From positions 288,001 through 352,000 of the forward strand of contig CAVXLD010000005.1 in assembly GCA_963762565.1 (NCBI GenBank): a stretch of 64,000 bases of DNA. Reading direction: 5' to 3'. Position numbers and translations under genes: made by a program. The notes beneath the pieces were generated by a model. That model saw only the letters and a program-made list of their open reading frames with translations, had not been told where the DNA came from and ran no database searches. The DNA is from an uncultured Verrucomicrobiae bacterium (GTDB lineage: Bacteria; Verrucomicrobiota; Verrucomicrobiia; Chthoniobacterales; JAFAMB01). Positions 19,056 through 30,661 of this stretch are shown here, piece by piece; position 1 is the stretch's first letter; every line of letters starts with the position of its first letter.

Positions 19056-20057
19056 TCACACTCCCCAACGCAACGCCGGGGTGTGCACCGGTGCGTCCCA
19101 AAGCTTGGTCAATTGATCATCCAGCTTCAGTAACGTGATCGATGCGCCGGCCATATCTAGGCTCGTGATGTACGGGCCGACGAAGCTGCGGCTAATCTTG
19201 ATTCCGTGTTTGGTCAGAATTTCGTGTGCTTTTCTGTAGACGATGAACAGCTCGACCAACGGTGTGCCGCCCATGCTATTAACGAAGAGCAGTACATTGT
19301 CGCCGTTTTGGAAGGGGAGATCCTCCAGAACTGGATTGAGCAACATCTCAGTGATCTCGTCGGCCGATTTTAGCTTCAGGCGTTGCCGGCCAGGTTCACC
19401 ATGGATACCGATACCGATCTCCATCTCGTCCTCGGGCAGGTCGAATGACGGTTTGCCCACATGCGGCACTACACAAGATGTCAGCGCCATCCCCATGCTT
19501 CGGCCGTGCGCGTTAACCTTGTGACAAAGAGCGGCCGCCTCTTTCAAGGTGCAGCCTTGCTCAGCGGCAGCCCCTACGATTTTCTCCGCTAATACGGTGG
19601 TGCCGACTCCACGTCTGCCCGCGGTATAAAGGCTATCTTTGACCGCGACGTCGTCGTCGATGACGACGGCTTCGACCTCAACGCCTTCCCCTCGGGCCAG
19701 GTCAGCCGCCATCTCGAAGTTCATTACGTCACCGGTGTAGTTCTTGACGATATGCAGCACGCCTTTGCCGCCGTTCACCGCCTTGGTAGCCTCATGCATC
19801 TGGTCCGGAGTAGGACTCGTAAAGACCGCTCCGGGACAAGCGGCGTCCAGCATTCCTTTGCCAACGAAACCTCCATGCATCGGTTCATGGCCGCTGCCAC
19901 CGCCGGATACAATGCCGACCTTGCCTTGGATCGGGGCATCCGCTCTAACGATGTAATTCGGGTTGAAATGGACCTTGATCAGATCGGGATATGCGGCGCC
20001 GAGGCCGGAGATAGACTCGAGAACGACGTTCTCGGGGGAATTAATGAGCTTTTTCAT
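19056..20057 (-). CDS. dhaK: Dihydroxyacetone kinase DHA-binding subunit
   Basis: [37 protein letters not shown]. Confidence 0.97.
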   Translation of the reverse strand: MKKLINSPENVVLESISGLGAAYPDLIKVHFNPNYIVRADAPIQGKVGIVSGGGSGHEPMHGGFVGKGMLDAACPGAVFTSPTPDQMHEATKAVNGGKGVLHIVKNYTGDVMNFEMAADLARGEGVEVEAVVIDDDVAVKDSLYTAGRRGVGTTVLAEKIVGAAAEQGCTLKEAAALCHKVNAHGRSMGMALTSCVVPHVGKPSFDLPEDEMEIGIGIHGEPGRQRLKLKSADEITEMLLNPVLEDLPFQNGDNVLLFVNSMGGTPLVELFIVYRKAHEILTKHGIKISRSFVGPYITSLDMAGASITLLKLDDQLTKLWDAPVHTPALRWGV

Positions 20058-20242
20058 AGGTTAGGGGGTGGGGGACGCAGAAGGTAAAGCGCGGAGCCGG
20101 GGACGCAGCTCCAAACTAAACCAGCCAACCGGTATAGTAGGCGGCCCCGCTCGGATGTCAATGGCGGTTCACGGCACCGATTTGCCGTTTCGCGTCTCCA
20201 CCATCCAGGACTTTGTTCTCGTCCTCGAAACCGGGTTCGGCT

Positions 20243-20566
20243 GATGCGACGTGCGATCGTCCAGCGCCTGGAGGGGAGCCGCTTTGGCGTGTATTAGTTG
20301 ACCTCGCGATATTTGTTCTAGCGCTCCCTTGGCCAAAGAATATCGCAACGGGCGGCTCCCGCGAATAACCCAGCGGTTCGCAGTTCTACAGGCCGCGTTT
20401 AAACGAATCGAAAGTCACAGGTAAATGCATCACGGTGGGTTATTCCCGGGAGCCGCTTGTTTTCACACGCCCTGGCTGGACTAGCACTGCGACGAAATGT
20501 GCTAGGGCGACGAGATGCGCACCAAAGCGGCTCCCCTCCGGGCGCTGGGCGATGGCACGCCGCATC
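20243..20566. mobile_element. MITE-like element, GGAGCCGCTTTGG family copy 2
   Basis: About 50-bp imperfect inverted arms with inner gcggctcccgcgaataaccc / gggttattcccgggagccgc pair. Confidence 0.8.
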
Positions 20567-20684
20567 GACCCGCGAACCTTTCGATGACGACGACGAGGAC
20601 GGCTCGCCGCGCCGCAGGCTTGGCGGAGGCGGAAGAACGCCAAGCGCCAAACGCCAAACGCCAAACGCCAACGCCAAACGCCCA

Positions 20685-21269
20685 CTACCCCAGCTTCTCG
20701 ACCATCTGAAGCATGCGTTCGGTGACTTTGCGAATCTGGCTCGGTGTCAGGAACGACAGATGGAGCAGCTCCAGCAGCAACAAGCCTTGAGCGGCCAGGA
20801 ACAAGATCGCCGTATCCTCCATACTCAAGGACAGATCCGAGCACAGCGCCTGGAAATCGTCTTTGAATGACTCCCTCATCGGATCGACCAGCTTCGGATT
20901 GTTAGCGATGGCGGCGATCACGGCCGCTAGAACCGGTTGCTGACCTTCGAGATGCCGTAGCGTGCCGATGATATGAGCCTTCATAACAGCGTTCCGCTCA
21001 CAAGAGAGCGAGTCCGCCACTTTTTCTCGTTCCTCGCCCAACTGCCGAAGGGCACGCCGGATCATTTCCTGCAAGAGCGCCTCTTTGGAACGAAAATGGT
21101 AAAAAAGCCCCCCCTTACTCACATTGGCCTCCGAAGCGGCGCTCTCAAGTGTCAGGGACGCCGGCCCGTGACGGGCAACGATTTGTTCAGCGGCATGAAG
21201 AATGGCTTCCCGAGAATCTTTCCGCCGGCGCCGAGGCGCTGTGGGAGCGGCTGTAGAGGGTTGACCCAT
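20685..21269 (-). CDS. TetR/AcrR-family regulator
   Basis: HTH LTLESAASEANVSKGGLFYHFRSKEAL; start placed at MGQPST (upstream extension is repeat-derived). Confidence 0.9.
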   Translation of the reverse strand: MGQPSTAAPTAPRRRRKDSREAILHAAEQIVARHGPASLTLESAASEANVSKGGLFYHFRSKEALLQEMIRRALRQLGEEREKVADSLSCERNAVMKAHIIGTLRHLEGQQPVLAAVIAAIANNPKLVDPMRESFKDDFQALCSDLSLSMEDTAILFLAAQGLLLLELLHLSFLTPSQIRKVTERMLQMVEKLG

Positions 21270-21319
21270 AAAAGCAGAATAAAAAAAACCGGCTGGCAGG
21301 TACAGTAAAGAAAATTCCG

Positions 21320-21558
21320 GGTAGGGCGAAAAACTCGGCGCGCCCTTTGGGTGACTAGCTGTTAAGACTTTCCCGCGCCGGTTTTGAGCTGCGCCGTGCG
21401 GGTGGCCACGCTGTGCGTTTTCGATAGGACCGGCTGTTACGGCGAGGGGCATTGAGACATCTTGGGCAACCAACCACCGCACGGAGCGGCTCAAAACCGG
21501 CGCGGAGTAATCTCTCAGAGTTGCCATGTCATCGGCGCGCCGAGTTTTTCGCCCTACC
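21320..21558. repeat. Long palindromic MITE-like element
   Basis: ggtagggcgaaaaactcggcgcgcc / ggcgcgccgagtttttcgccctacc plus inner cgcgccggttttgagc / gctcaaaaccggcgcg. Confidence 0.85.
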
Positions 21559-21655
21559 GCCTGAACTCCTTGTCTTCTTGTACTCCTCGAACTCCTTGTT
21601 TACTATTTAGTACAGGCAGCGCCCCCCTTAATCGCTCCCCTGCCTGTATAGACAG

Positions 21656-23956
21656 ATGCAAAGGACAAAAGTGCCGCGAGCGGTACGCCCGGTTCCAAAC
21701 CGTTGGATGCCCGAGCTGTGGGCAAGCCTGAAGCCGTTCGGGTTAGGCGAACAACATGCAAACAACTTTTGGGAAGTGTTCAGGGCCATCTGGGAGAATC
21801 GAGATCAGCTTCCCTATGCGTATCGAGTGTTGAACGATGGGGTGTGCGATGGATGCTCGCTTGGGACCAGCGGGATGACCGATTGGACCATGAACAGCAT
21901 CCATCTGTGCAGCATCCGGCTCCGATTACTGCGGCTTAATACGATGCCGCCGCTGGACGACAAGATTTTGTCAGATGTCGCCCAGCTACGATCAATGCGA
22001 TCGCGTGATCTTCGGGCGCTGGGCCGCTTGCCGCATCCCTTGATCCGGCGGCGTGGAGAGCCAGGTTTCCAGCGAATTTCGTGGGATCAGGCTTTGAATG
22101 AGATCGCCGGAAAAATCAAAGCCGTCCGTCCGGAACGCCTCTACTTTTATATGACCAGCCGGGGCGTTCCCAACGAGACTTACTATGCTGCCCAAAAAGC
22201 GGTCAGAGCGCTCGGAACGAACAATATCGATAACGCGGCTCGGATCTGCCATTCCCCAAGCACCTTTGCGTTGAAAGCCGCGGTCGGGGCGGCGGCAACC
22301 ACTTGTTCTTATACCGACTTGATCGGGACCGACCTGGTGGTGTTTTTCGGCAGCAATGTCGCCAACAATCAGCCGATCATAATGAAGTATCTTTATTATG
22401 CTCGGAAAGCCGGGACCAAGGTGGCGGTCGTTAATCCTTACCACGAGCCGGCCATGGAGCGGTACTGGGTTCCTTCGGAAGTAGAAAGCGCTCTGTTTGG
22501 CACCAAGATTGCCGAACAATTCTTTCAGGTGCGCGCCAGCGGCGATCTGGCGTTTCTGAACGGCACCCTGAAACAGGTGATCGCTGAAGGATGGATGGAT
22601 GAGAACTTCATCCGTGATCACACGGTCGGATTCGACGAAGTGAAGAAAAACCTGGAGGCAGCTTCTTGGGAAGAGTTGGAAGCGGCCAGTGGGGTCAGCC
22701 GTGATCGGATGAAGGATTTTGCGCGCATGGTGGCCGACGCGAAGCGAGCCGTCTTTATTTGGGGCATGGGGATCACGCAGCACCTCGCGGGCGAAAATAA
22801 TGTGCACGCGATTATCAACCTGGCTCTGGCCAAGGGATTTGTCGGTCGGGAAGGATGCGGTTTGATGCCGGTCCGAGGTCATTCCGGGGTCCAAGGCGGC
22901 GCGGAGATGGGAGCTTATGCCACTTCGTTTCCTGGCGGTTTGGCGATTAACAAAGACAATGCAGCGAAGTTTGCTGCGCTCTGGGGATTCCCGGTTCCCG
23001 ACCAGGTGGGCATGACGACAGCGGATATGTTGGACGCGGCGAAACGGGGGGAACTCGATTTGCTTTGGTCGATGGGCGGCGACTTCCGCGAGGTGATGCC
23101 GGATCCGGAGTCGATCGAACGGGCGCTGGAGCGTATCCCATTACGGGTTCACCAGGATATCGTTCTCTCGTCTCAAATGCTGCTGGAACCCGCGGAGACG
23201 GTCATACTACTCCCGGCGACAACTCGATACGAAATCCCCGGTGGAGTAACGGAAACCAGCACCGAACGCCGGGTCATCTTTAGCCCGGAAATCCCCGGTC
23301 CTCGCATCGACGAAGCGCGTTCGGAATGGGAGGTCTTTTTAGAGATAGCCCGGTTAGCCAGGCCCGAGTTAGCGGGCCAACTCAACTTTCCCAATACCGA
23401 AGCGATGCGCGCAGAAATCGCGGCCGCCATCCCGGCTTACAATGGAATTCAAAATCTAAAGAAAAAGGGTGACAATTTTCAATGTGGCGGACCAGCGCTC
23501 TGCGCGAACTGGAACTTTGCTACGCCCGACGGGAAAGCGCATTTCAAAGCGGTGACTCCGCCGCTGATCGAGATGCCAGCGGGTGCGTTTCGAGTGGTTA
23601 CCCGGCGGGGTAAACAGTTCAACAGCATGGTCCACGAGGACATCGACGCCAGCACCACCGCGACGCGAGATACGATCATGATGAATCCGGACGATGCCAG
23701 AAAGTTGCATCTCAAAACTGGTGATCGGGCTTGTCTGCGCAACGATTTCGGAGTCTACGCTGGAGAAGTGTTGGTTGCGGATCTTGCCGCTGGAACGATC
23801 GAAGTTCATTGGCCTGAGGGCAACGTGCTCGTCAACCCGCAAGCGCGTTCGCCGTTAGCGAAGATCCCTGCCTACAAAGAGTTTTGGGCTGCGGTAGAAC
23901 CGGCTGACAACGCCGCCAAATCGGAGCCTGTATTGAATCTCCTAAGATTCTTATGA
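21656..23956 (+). CDS. FdhF/YdeP-family molybdopterin oxidoreductase
   Basis: GVCDGCSLG, NAARICHSPS, MGITQH, PVRGHSGVQG, TRRGKQFNSMV. Confidence 0.92.
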   Translation: MQRTKVPRAVRPVPNRWMPELWASLKPFGLGEQHANNFWEVFRAIWENRDQLPYAYRVLNDGVCDGCSLGTSGMTDWTMNSIHLCSIRLRLLRLNTMPPLDDKILSDVAQLRSMRSRDLRALGRLPHPLIRRRGEPGFQRISWDQALNEIAGKIKAVRPERLYFYMTSRGVPNETYYAAQKAVRALGTNNIDNAARICHSPSTFALKAAVGAAATTCSYTDLIGTDLVVFFGSNVANNQPIIMKYLYYARKAGTKVAVVNPYHEPAMERYWVPSEVESALFGTKIAEQFFQVRASGDLAFLNGTLKQVIAEGWMDENFIRDHTVGFDEVKKNLEAASWEELEAASGVSRDRMKDFARMVADAKRAVFIWGMGITQHLAGENNVHAIINLALAKGFVGREGCGLMPVRGHSGVQGGAEMGAYATSFPGGLAINKDNAAKFAALWGFPVPDQVGMTTADMLDAAKRGELDLLWSMGGDFREVMPDPESIERALERIPLRVHQDIVLSSQMLLEPAETVILLPATTRYEIPGGVTETSTERRVIFSPEIPGPRIDEARSEWEVFLEIARLARPELAGQLNFPNTEAMRAEIAAAIPAYNGIQNLKKKGDNFQCGGPALCANWNFATPDGKAHFKAVTPPLIEMPAGAFRVVTRRGKQFNSMVHEDIDASTTATRDTIMMNPDDARKLHLKTGDRACLRNDFGVYAGEVLVADLAAGTIEVHWPEGNVLVNPQARSPLAKIPAYKEFWAAVEPADNAAKSEPVLNLLRFL

Positions 23957-25209
23957 CCCAAGACACAACAAATCAGGGACTGCCCAACCGGTGGCTGCTG
24001 GCGGGCGGGGGTGTACTCATGCAGCTTGCTTTAGGCGCGGTGTATGCCTGGAGCGTGTTTCGGATTCCGTTAAGCAAGACATTCGGCTGGTCAATCGCGG
24101 ATGTGACCTGGGCGTTTTCATTGGCAATTCTAGCGTTGGGATTTGCGGCGTTCGTCGGCGGCCTTTGGATGCGAAAAGTCGGCCCGAGAGTCGTTGGGAT
24201 GACTGCTGCGATCTGCTACGGCTTAGGCGTCGGATTATCGAGTCTGGCGGGCGGCAACATCTGGATTCTGTGGCTTTCCTACGGGATCCTTGGAGGAATA
24301 GGCCTCGGACTGGGGTACATCGTTCCCTTAGCGACGTTGGTAAGGTGGTTTCCTGACCGGCGCGGCTTTATTACCGGCTTGGCGGTTGCCGGGTTTGGTG
24401 GGGGAGCATTGATCACCGCGCCGGTGGCTCAGCAACTGATTGTGAGCTTCGGCCCGCTTACTACGCTGGCGATTCTGGGTGTGGCCTATTTCATCATGGT
24501 TCTAATCGGATCCTCGATTATGCGGAACCCACCGGAAGGATGGCGGCCGGCTGGCTGGCAGCCCTCCGCGAAACAGCAGGAACAACTGGCAGCGCGCGAT
24601 TACACGTTGAAAGAAGCCCTCTCCACCTGGCAATGGTACGTCCTGTGGGCGATGCTTTTCTTGAACGTTACCGCAGGTATTAGCATTATCTCGCAGGCCT
24701 CCCCGATGGCCCAGGAAATCAGCGGAGTGAATGCTGGTATAGCCGCGGGGATGGTCGGACTTATCTCAATCGCCAACGGGCTTGGCCGGCTGCTCTGGGC
24801 ATGGTTCTCGGACGCAATCGGGCGGCGGAACGTCTTCCTAATCATGTTCCTGCTCCAAGCGGTGCTGTTCTTTATTTTGCCATCGCAACATGAGTTCACC
24901 GTGCTGGCTACGATTTGCTTCATTGTGATTAGCTGTTACGGCGGCGGTTTCGGCACCATGCCCGCATTCGCGGCAGATTTCTTTGGTCCCAAATGGGTCG
25001 GCTCGATCTACGGCCTGATGTTAACTGCCTGGGGTTTTGCCGGCGTATTCGGTCCGCTGCTCATCGCGAATATCCGTCAAACAACCGGTAAATATGATCA
25101 GGCACTGCTGGTTATGGCCGTGATCATGCTGGTTTCCGCCGTGCTTCCCCTGATTATCCGTGCCCATCGCGCGGAGCGGCAACCGGTGGGAGCAAGGGCG
25201 AGCGGATAG
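23953..25209 (+). CDS. OFA-family MFS transporter (oxalate/formate/lactate)
   Basis: GAVYAWSVF, WFPDRRG..TGLAVAGFGGG, CYGGGFG; 12-TM pattern; 4-bp overlap with the upstream gene. Confidence 0.92.
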   Translation: MTQDTTNQGLPNRWLLAGGGVLMQLALGAVYAWSVFRIPLSKTFGWSIADVTWAFSLAILALGFAAFVGGLWMRKVGPRVVGMTAAICYGLGVGLSSLAGGNIWILWLSYGILGGIGLGLGYIVPLATLVRWFPDRRGFITGLAVAGFGGGALITAPVAQQLIVSFGPLTTLAILGVAYFIMVLIGSSIMRNPPEGWRPAGWQPSAKQQEQLAARDYTLKEALSTWQWYVLWAMLFLNVTAGISIISQASPMAQEISGVNAGIAAGMVGLISIANGLGRLLWAWFSDAIGRRNVFLIMFLLQAVLFFILPSQHEFTVLATICFIVISCYGGGFGTMPAFAADFFGPKWVGSIYGLMLTAWGFAGVFGPLLIANIRQTTGKYDQALLVMAVIMLVSAVLPLIIRAHRAERQPVGARASG

Positions 25210-25219
25210 TCGGAGAGGT

Positions 25220-25379
25220 GAGGCGAACTCGCCTTAGGCTCGTTCGAATGACAGATCACAAATGACAAATGACAAATGACAGATGACAGATCGGATCAGC
25301 TTTTCCGAGCTGCAGACGGACATTTGTCATTTGTCATCTGCCATTTGTCATTCGAACGAGCCTAAGGCGAGTTCGCCTC
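25220..25379. repeat. Palindromic element with TGACAAA/TGACAGA heptamer arrays
   Basis: 34-bp perfect arms gaggcgaactcgccttaggctcgttcgaatgaca; internal inverted heptamer arrays. Confidence 0.9.
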
Positions 25380-25596
25380 CGGGAATATTTCGGGCATTCC
25401 CTAGTCTTTCACCGTTGAGAGGGCTATTGTCCTCTGAAACCATAGGCAGGCGGGAAGGCAGTCACAAAAATGGCGGCCTAACCGTCGAATTGTCGTTTTT
25501 ACCCAAACAATCTTGGTCAGGTCTACCTCCAGAACGGCTGCCGAAGGGATCCTTCATGGTCGTTTTCTAATCGATCTGATCAGGTCCTTCGCTGAA

Positions 25597-26764
25597 ATGA
25601 AAATGTGTGACCAACTCGGGCGACCGGAGAGCGGCGCCGTCAGTTGCAGTAAATTAGGTGGTGTGGCAACCGCCGTAGCGTCAGGCGATCAAATATCGAT
25701 CAGAAATCTGAAGCGGCTAGCGGGAGCTGGCTTCATGTTGGCTGCCATTGGGCTGATGTCCGCCCAGGCCGCGCTGGCCGGTACCCCACTTATCCCGGTC
25801 CAAACCAGCTGTGTCCCGAAAAATGGTGACCTGAACCCGTATGGTGTCGCGTTTGTCCCGGCGGGATTTCCTAAGACCTTTAAGACCGCGCCGGGTGATA
25901 TTCTGGTGTCGAACTTCAACGCCAAATCGAATGTGCAAGGAACCGGCTCCACCATCGTCAGCATCACGCCCACCGGCACAGAAACCACCTTCTTTCGGGG
26001 GACTCACGGGGTTGGGACTGACGACCGCCTTAGGCGTCCTAAAAATGGGCTTTGTGATTGTGGGGAGCCTACCCAACGTCAACGGCACGATCGGGCAAGG
26101 GGCGCTTATCGTCCTGAACAAGCAGGGTTTGGAGATCGCGCGGGTGATTGACTCGAATTTGGTCGACGGTCCGTGGGATTTGGCGGTTGTCGATCTTGGT
26201 GAATCGGCCCTGGTATTTGTTTCATGTGTGCTGAACGGGACAGTTACCCGGATCAACCTTGCGGTTACGGACACCACCGTGACTGTCACCAGCAAGACAC
26301 AGATAGCCACGGGATACGCGTTTTCTTTTAACCAGGCCGCGTTGGTGGTTGGACCAACTGGTTTAGCCTACGACGGAAACAATGGTAACCTCTATGTTGC
26401 TTCTACCGGTGATAATGAGGTCTTTGCTATTCCGAACGCAGCCTATACCACCTCGTCAGTTGACAAGGGAACCTTGGTCTATAGCGATAGCACCCATCTT
26501 CACGGACCACTCGGCCTGTTGCTGGCTCCGAATGGAGATCTGATCAGCAGCCAGGGTGATGCCATCAACCCGGATCCGGCGCATCAGAGCGAGATAGTGG
26601 AGTTCACCACGACGGGCACGTTCGTTAGCGAGTTCGCCGTGGACTCAACGGCCGGTGCGGCGTTTGGGATCGCGGTCAACCCGTCAAGTACCGGAGGCGT
26701 GAATTTCGCTGCCGTCAACGATACTCTGAATACGCTGATCGTATTCGACTTCAGCAGCCCATAG
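25597..26764 (+). CDS. Secreted NHL/beta-propeller-like protein; frameshift in the G run at 25997-26001
   Basis: Signal peptide (AQAALA), NGDLNPYGVAFVP, GPWDLAV, GPTGLAYD, GPLGLLLAPNG repeats; start uncertain. Confidence 0.75.
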
Positions 26765-26799
26765 GAGCCGCCAAAAAAGAGGTCCAATGATTCCCTCTA

Positions 26800-26836
26800 C
26801 CGCCCAGAAATGCACCGCATTTCTGGGCGGCTTTGT
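26800..26836 (+). terminator. Probable intrinsic terminator
   Basis: ccgcccagaaatgc-acc-gcatttctgggcgg followed by ctttgtt. Confidence 0.55.
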
Positions 26837-27043
26837 TACACAGATTTTGACAGATCAGAACCAAACCTGCAATCCGGCCTGCACCGCATTGTTGTTAATC
26901 AATCTTGATTGTAACTGTGTTCTAATGTGTGCGTCTTGAATTTCGGATTCTGCCTTCAACTCATCCTCGATCGATTCGAGTTATTTCATCGACAGGTGTG
27001 TGAATCCGGGAATAAAGTTTTGATCTCGTAATCTTCTGTATAA

Positions 27044-27568
27044 ATGGGCAACGCCTCCCGATTCGAAGAGCTATTCTTGCCTCATCTGGATGCTGCTTAT
27101 AATCTGGCCCGGTGGCTCGTGAGCGGTGATCAAGACGCTCAAGACATCGTCCAGGAAGCGTACGTACGGGCGTTCAAAGGATTTGCCGGATTCCGAGGAG
27201 ATAACGCGCGAGCATGGTTACTGACGATTGTCAGGAACACGGCCTACACCTGGATCAAACGGCATGCAACAGACGAGAAGCTGATCCCATTTGATGAAGA
27301 ATCTCACGTGGTTCCGTTCGAACCAGCGCCCTCAGAGCTATCCCGGGAAAAACAGCGTGAGCTGCTGGAGCAAGCGCTGAACCGGCTTCCAACTGAGTTT
27401 CGCGAAGTACTCGTCCTATTCGAATTCGAAGGATGGAGTTACAAAGCGATGGCGGATGAGTTGCAGGTGCCGCTCGGCACCGTGATGTCGCGTCTGAGTC
27501 GGGCGCGTCGCCGGTTACAACAAGAGATCGCTCAATTTCAACCGGGGGAAATCGATGATGAACTGTGA
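27044..27568 (+). CDS. ECF RNA polymerase sigma-70 factor
   Basis: DAQDIVQEAYVRA, RAWLLTIVRN, GTVMSRLSRAR. Confidence 0.95.
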   Translation: MGNASRFEELFLPHLDAAYNLARWLVSGDQDAQDIVQEAYVRAFKGFAGFRGDNARAWLLTIVRNTAYTWIKRHATDEKLIPFDEESHVVPFEPAPSELSREKQRELLEQALNRLPTEFREVLVLFEFEGWSYKAMADELQVPLGTVMSRLSRARRRLQQEIAQFQPGEIDDEL

Positions 27569-28311
27569 CGACGCAGATCGATTTCTAGACGCTTACCTGG
27601 ATGGCGAGCTTGAGCCGGCCAAAAAAGCCGAGCTGGAGCAGCACTTGGCCGGTTGTCCCGCGTGTGAACAGAAGTTGGCGCACCTACGCCGATTCCGCGA
27701 GTTCTTCGACGCCAACGCACCTCACTATCCTGCGCCGCCGGAACTAAAGGCTAAAGTGTTAGCCAGGTTAGAAGTAGCTCGAAAATCCAATCTGATCTCG
27801 TTGGTTCGGCAACCGTGGTTATATGCGGCTGCGCTGTTGATCATCAGCATTTGCCTCGCCTGGCTTAAGTTCTTCCCTAACCAGAATCAGGATGAACTGA
27901 TTGCGGATCAAGCCGTTGCTAACTACAAGCGCGCGGCTTTGTTAGAACGGGTGTGCGACATAGTATCGCCTGACCCGGGCGTAGTTAAGCCTTGGTTCGT
28001 CGGCAAAATCGACTTTTCGCCGCCAGTGGTTTTACCTGGTCTCAATTTCACAAATGCGCGGCGGTCGCCTCGACGTCATCAATAATCGGAAAGTCGCTGC
28101 GGTCACTTACAAACGAGATAAAGATCTGGTGACTGTCTTCGTTTGGCCGGACGCAGGGAAACCGATTCCGATGAAAACTTGGTCCATTAGTGCCAATAGG
28201 GTCTGCACCTGGAACGTTAAAGGGCTAAACTGTGTTGCCGTGTCGAATATGACCGAGCAAGGGCTGGATGAGGTTGTTGGGCATATTAAAGACGCTATTG
28301 CTGGTCAGTAA
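27555..28311 (+). CDS. Zinc-finger membrane anti-sigma factor; frameshift at about 28052
   Basis: YLDGEL, HLAGCPAC (HxxxCxxC), TM helix, VKPWFVGKIDFSPPV joined to RGGRLD..AAVTYKR in the next frame. Confidence 0.88.
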
Positions 28312-28322
28312 GCGGTGAGACC

Positions 28323-28791
28323 GTGGAGCGCTGCCTCGCTTGCGAGGCCGTCTAGCGGATCCTGAGCTGTAACCAGAGGACCAACGGAGGGGCGTTGCAT
28401 TCAGCGTTGCTATGCTCAGCGCGTCTGCGACCTAAAAGTGAGCGCAACGTTTGTCCTGTGCCACAACTGCGACGCCCCGAGAACCGTCTCACACCGCTTG
28501 AGGTTGCACGTTTGGTGGTCTGACACGCGCTAAAGGGAGCCGCAACTAACACGCGGTTGGGACGGAGAACGCCTTGTGTGGAACAACGCTAGCGGTAATA
28601 GAGCGCGGAATGCGGCTCCCCTCCGCTTCGGTGATGGATCACAATAGACCAACAGATCAACGAATCTGTCATGGCGCAGCGACAGCGACAGGTTTTTCAA
28701 CAGCCTACCGACTTAATTCTTTCAGCCGCCGAAATGCTTCGGGGTAAACGCTTCGCGGCTAGACGGCCTCGCAAGCGAGGCAACGCTCCAC
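28323..28791. mobile_element. MITE-like element with 34-bp inverted repeats (GCCTCGCTTGCGAGGC family)
   Basis: gtggagcgctgcctcgcttgcgaggccgtctagc / gctagacggcctcgcaagcgaggcaacgctccac; single arms also near 42506 and 50130. Confidence 0.8.
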
Positions 28792-28815
28792 CAATAACCT
28801 CTCACCTCTCACAAA

Positions 28816-29617
28816 TCACTTCTCACTTCTCACCGCCGCGATAGCGGCATCGAGCGCTTCCCGGTGCCCACGATACTCCTCATCCAGCTTATTATCCGGA
28901 GAACGAATGGTTCCGTCGGGCGAGACCTGCCATTTGTTGGGTGTTTCCGCTAACAGGTTAGCAATCGCTATCAGTTCAGTGGCGAGCTTCTGTTGCTTAA
29001 CCGCTTCATCCACGGCCTTTTGCCCCGGAGTATCTTGATAAAAGCGGAGCGCCACCTCTTTCGCCGTCTCGCTGTTAAGGCCGCCTTTCTGCAGTTGGGT
29101 AGCCAGGTTCGATCTGCAGATCTTCGAATAAATTCTTTTCTTGGCGGGCAGCATCAAGCAATCGGGTTGCTTCCGGTTTAAGCTTTTGGTAAGTGGCGAG
29201 AGCATCGGCGGATCTCAAGCTGGGAAGATCGTTGAGAACGACTTGCGCTAGATGGCTCAAACGGTCTTGCGCATCGGCCGTCTCGCCGCTCAAATTCACC
29301 AACGTCAGCGCGACCGCTTTTTGCACCGGCGACAAAGTCCGTACGTCATAGTGGGTAAGCGCCAGATAATCTTCTGCAGTTTTGGGCGACGGCGGCGGTC
29401 GAAGCGCTCCGGAAGCCGGTGTCTTCCGATTACTGAGCCAACTGCTGATCTCCGAATAGAGATAAGACGGCAGGTCCGGGTTGCGCACCCATAACCCTCC
29501 CAGGAAAAAGATCAGGACCCCTCCGCCCAGTATCAAGACATAGACCCAAAAAACCTTGTGACGGTCGCCCGGCTCTTCCGGGTGCTCCTGGGGATCACTC
29601 TTGCGCGAATCCTTCAC
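28816..29617 (-). CDS. Hypothetical single-pass membrane protein; frameshift near 29117
   Basis: Two overlapping ORFs (29075-29617 and 28816-29205) join into one helical protein after one-base correction. Confidence 0.65.
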
Positions 29618-29653
29618 CCCGCCTTGATACCAAGCGGGAGTAGAAATTCAATC

Positions 29654-30661
29654 TCACTCACCACGGGTCCGTTGTTGGTCGACCACGACCGCGGCCAGCA
29701 GAATAGCGCCGCGCACCAGATATTGATAAAAGGCGTCGATATTGAGCAGATTCATCACGTTCTCTGCGGTACCAAGAATGAAGACGCCGACGATTACCCC
29801 CGAGATCGTCGCGCTTCCGCCTTTGAGCGAAACCCCGCCCAGGACACAAGCAGAAATGACGTTCAATTCGAAGCCTTGAGCCGAGTTCGGTTGGCCGCTG
29901 GTGATTCGAGAAGCAAGGATGACACCAGCTAGGCCGGCAACTAAACCTTGTACGAGAAAAATGACCACGCGCATCCGTTCCACATGAATTCCGGCGAGCC
30001 GGGCTGCTTCGGGATTACCGCCGATGGCAAGAGTATTCCGGCCATAAATGGTGGAATTCAGTAGGAACCCGAATAAGACGAAGCAGGCCAAGGTCATCCA
30101 GATGGGCATTGAGATCCCGAGGAAAGAGCTGCCGGCGAAATAGATAAAATCGACGTTGCTGACCCCAACCGCTTGCCCGTGTGAAGCGATGAAGGCGAGG
30201 CCGCGGACCATTTCCATGGTAGCCAGCGTTGTAATCAGTGCGTTAATGCGGAGATAGGCGATGATGATTCCGTTAAAGCACCCAATAATCGCGCCGCTCA
30301 AAAGCGCGGCGGCCACGCCCGCCCAAAGATTATCAGTAAAATTAATTACGGTTGCGCCCAGAACGCCGGTAAAAGCGACGATCGAGCCCACCGACAAATC
30401 GAAGTCGCGAGAGGCCAAACAGAACATCATGGTGCAGGCCACCATGCCGATCTGGGACACCGAGAGGGCCAGACCAAGCATGTTCTGTACGGTGAAGAAA
30501 TATTGGACCGAAAAAGACAGCGCGATAAAGATCGCCAGGAAGATAAAGACGAGATTGTATTCTAATAGAAACGCGGAGAGCCGCCGTAGCCGTGACTCAG
30601 AATGGGGCGGCCGGTTCAGTTTCGGCTCTTGCGTAGGGCCGGCTTTCATAACCTGTTTCAT
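29654..30661 (-). CDS. araH: L-arabinose ABC transporter permease
   Basis: [46 protein letters not shown]. Confidence 0.92.
   Translation of the reverse strand: MKQVMKAGPTQEPKLNRPPHSESRLRRLSAFLLEYNLVFIFLAIFIALSFSVQYFFTVQNMLGLALSVSQIGMVACTMMFCLASRDFDLSVGSIVAFTGVLGATVINFTDNLWAGVAAALLSGAIIGCFNGIIIAYLRINALITTLATMEMVRGLAFIASHGQAVGVSNVDFIYFAGSSFLGISMPIWMTLACFVLFGFLLNSTIYGRNTLAIGGNPEAARLAGIHVERMRVVIFLVQGLVAGLAGVILASRITSGQPNSAQGFELNVISACVLGGVSLKGGSATISGVIVGVFILGTAENVMNLLNIDAFYQYLVRGAILLAAVVVDQQRTRGE

Noticed and set aside
21270..21527. 86-aa N-terminal extension of TetR, and similar extensions on the HD, Gfo, ABM, nitF, nitB and nitG ORFs
   Set aside because: Translation of upstream repeat or intergenic DNA; family-typical starts lie downstream
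21992..22894. 300-aa antisense ORF and other long shadow ORFs
   Set aside because: Opposite well-supported genes in GC-rich DNA, with no recognisable motifs
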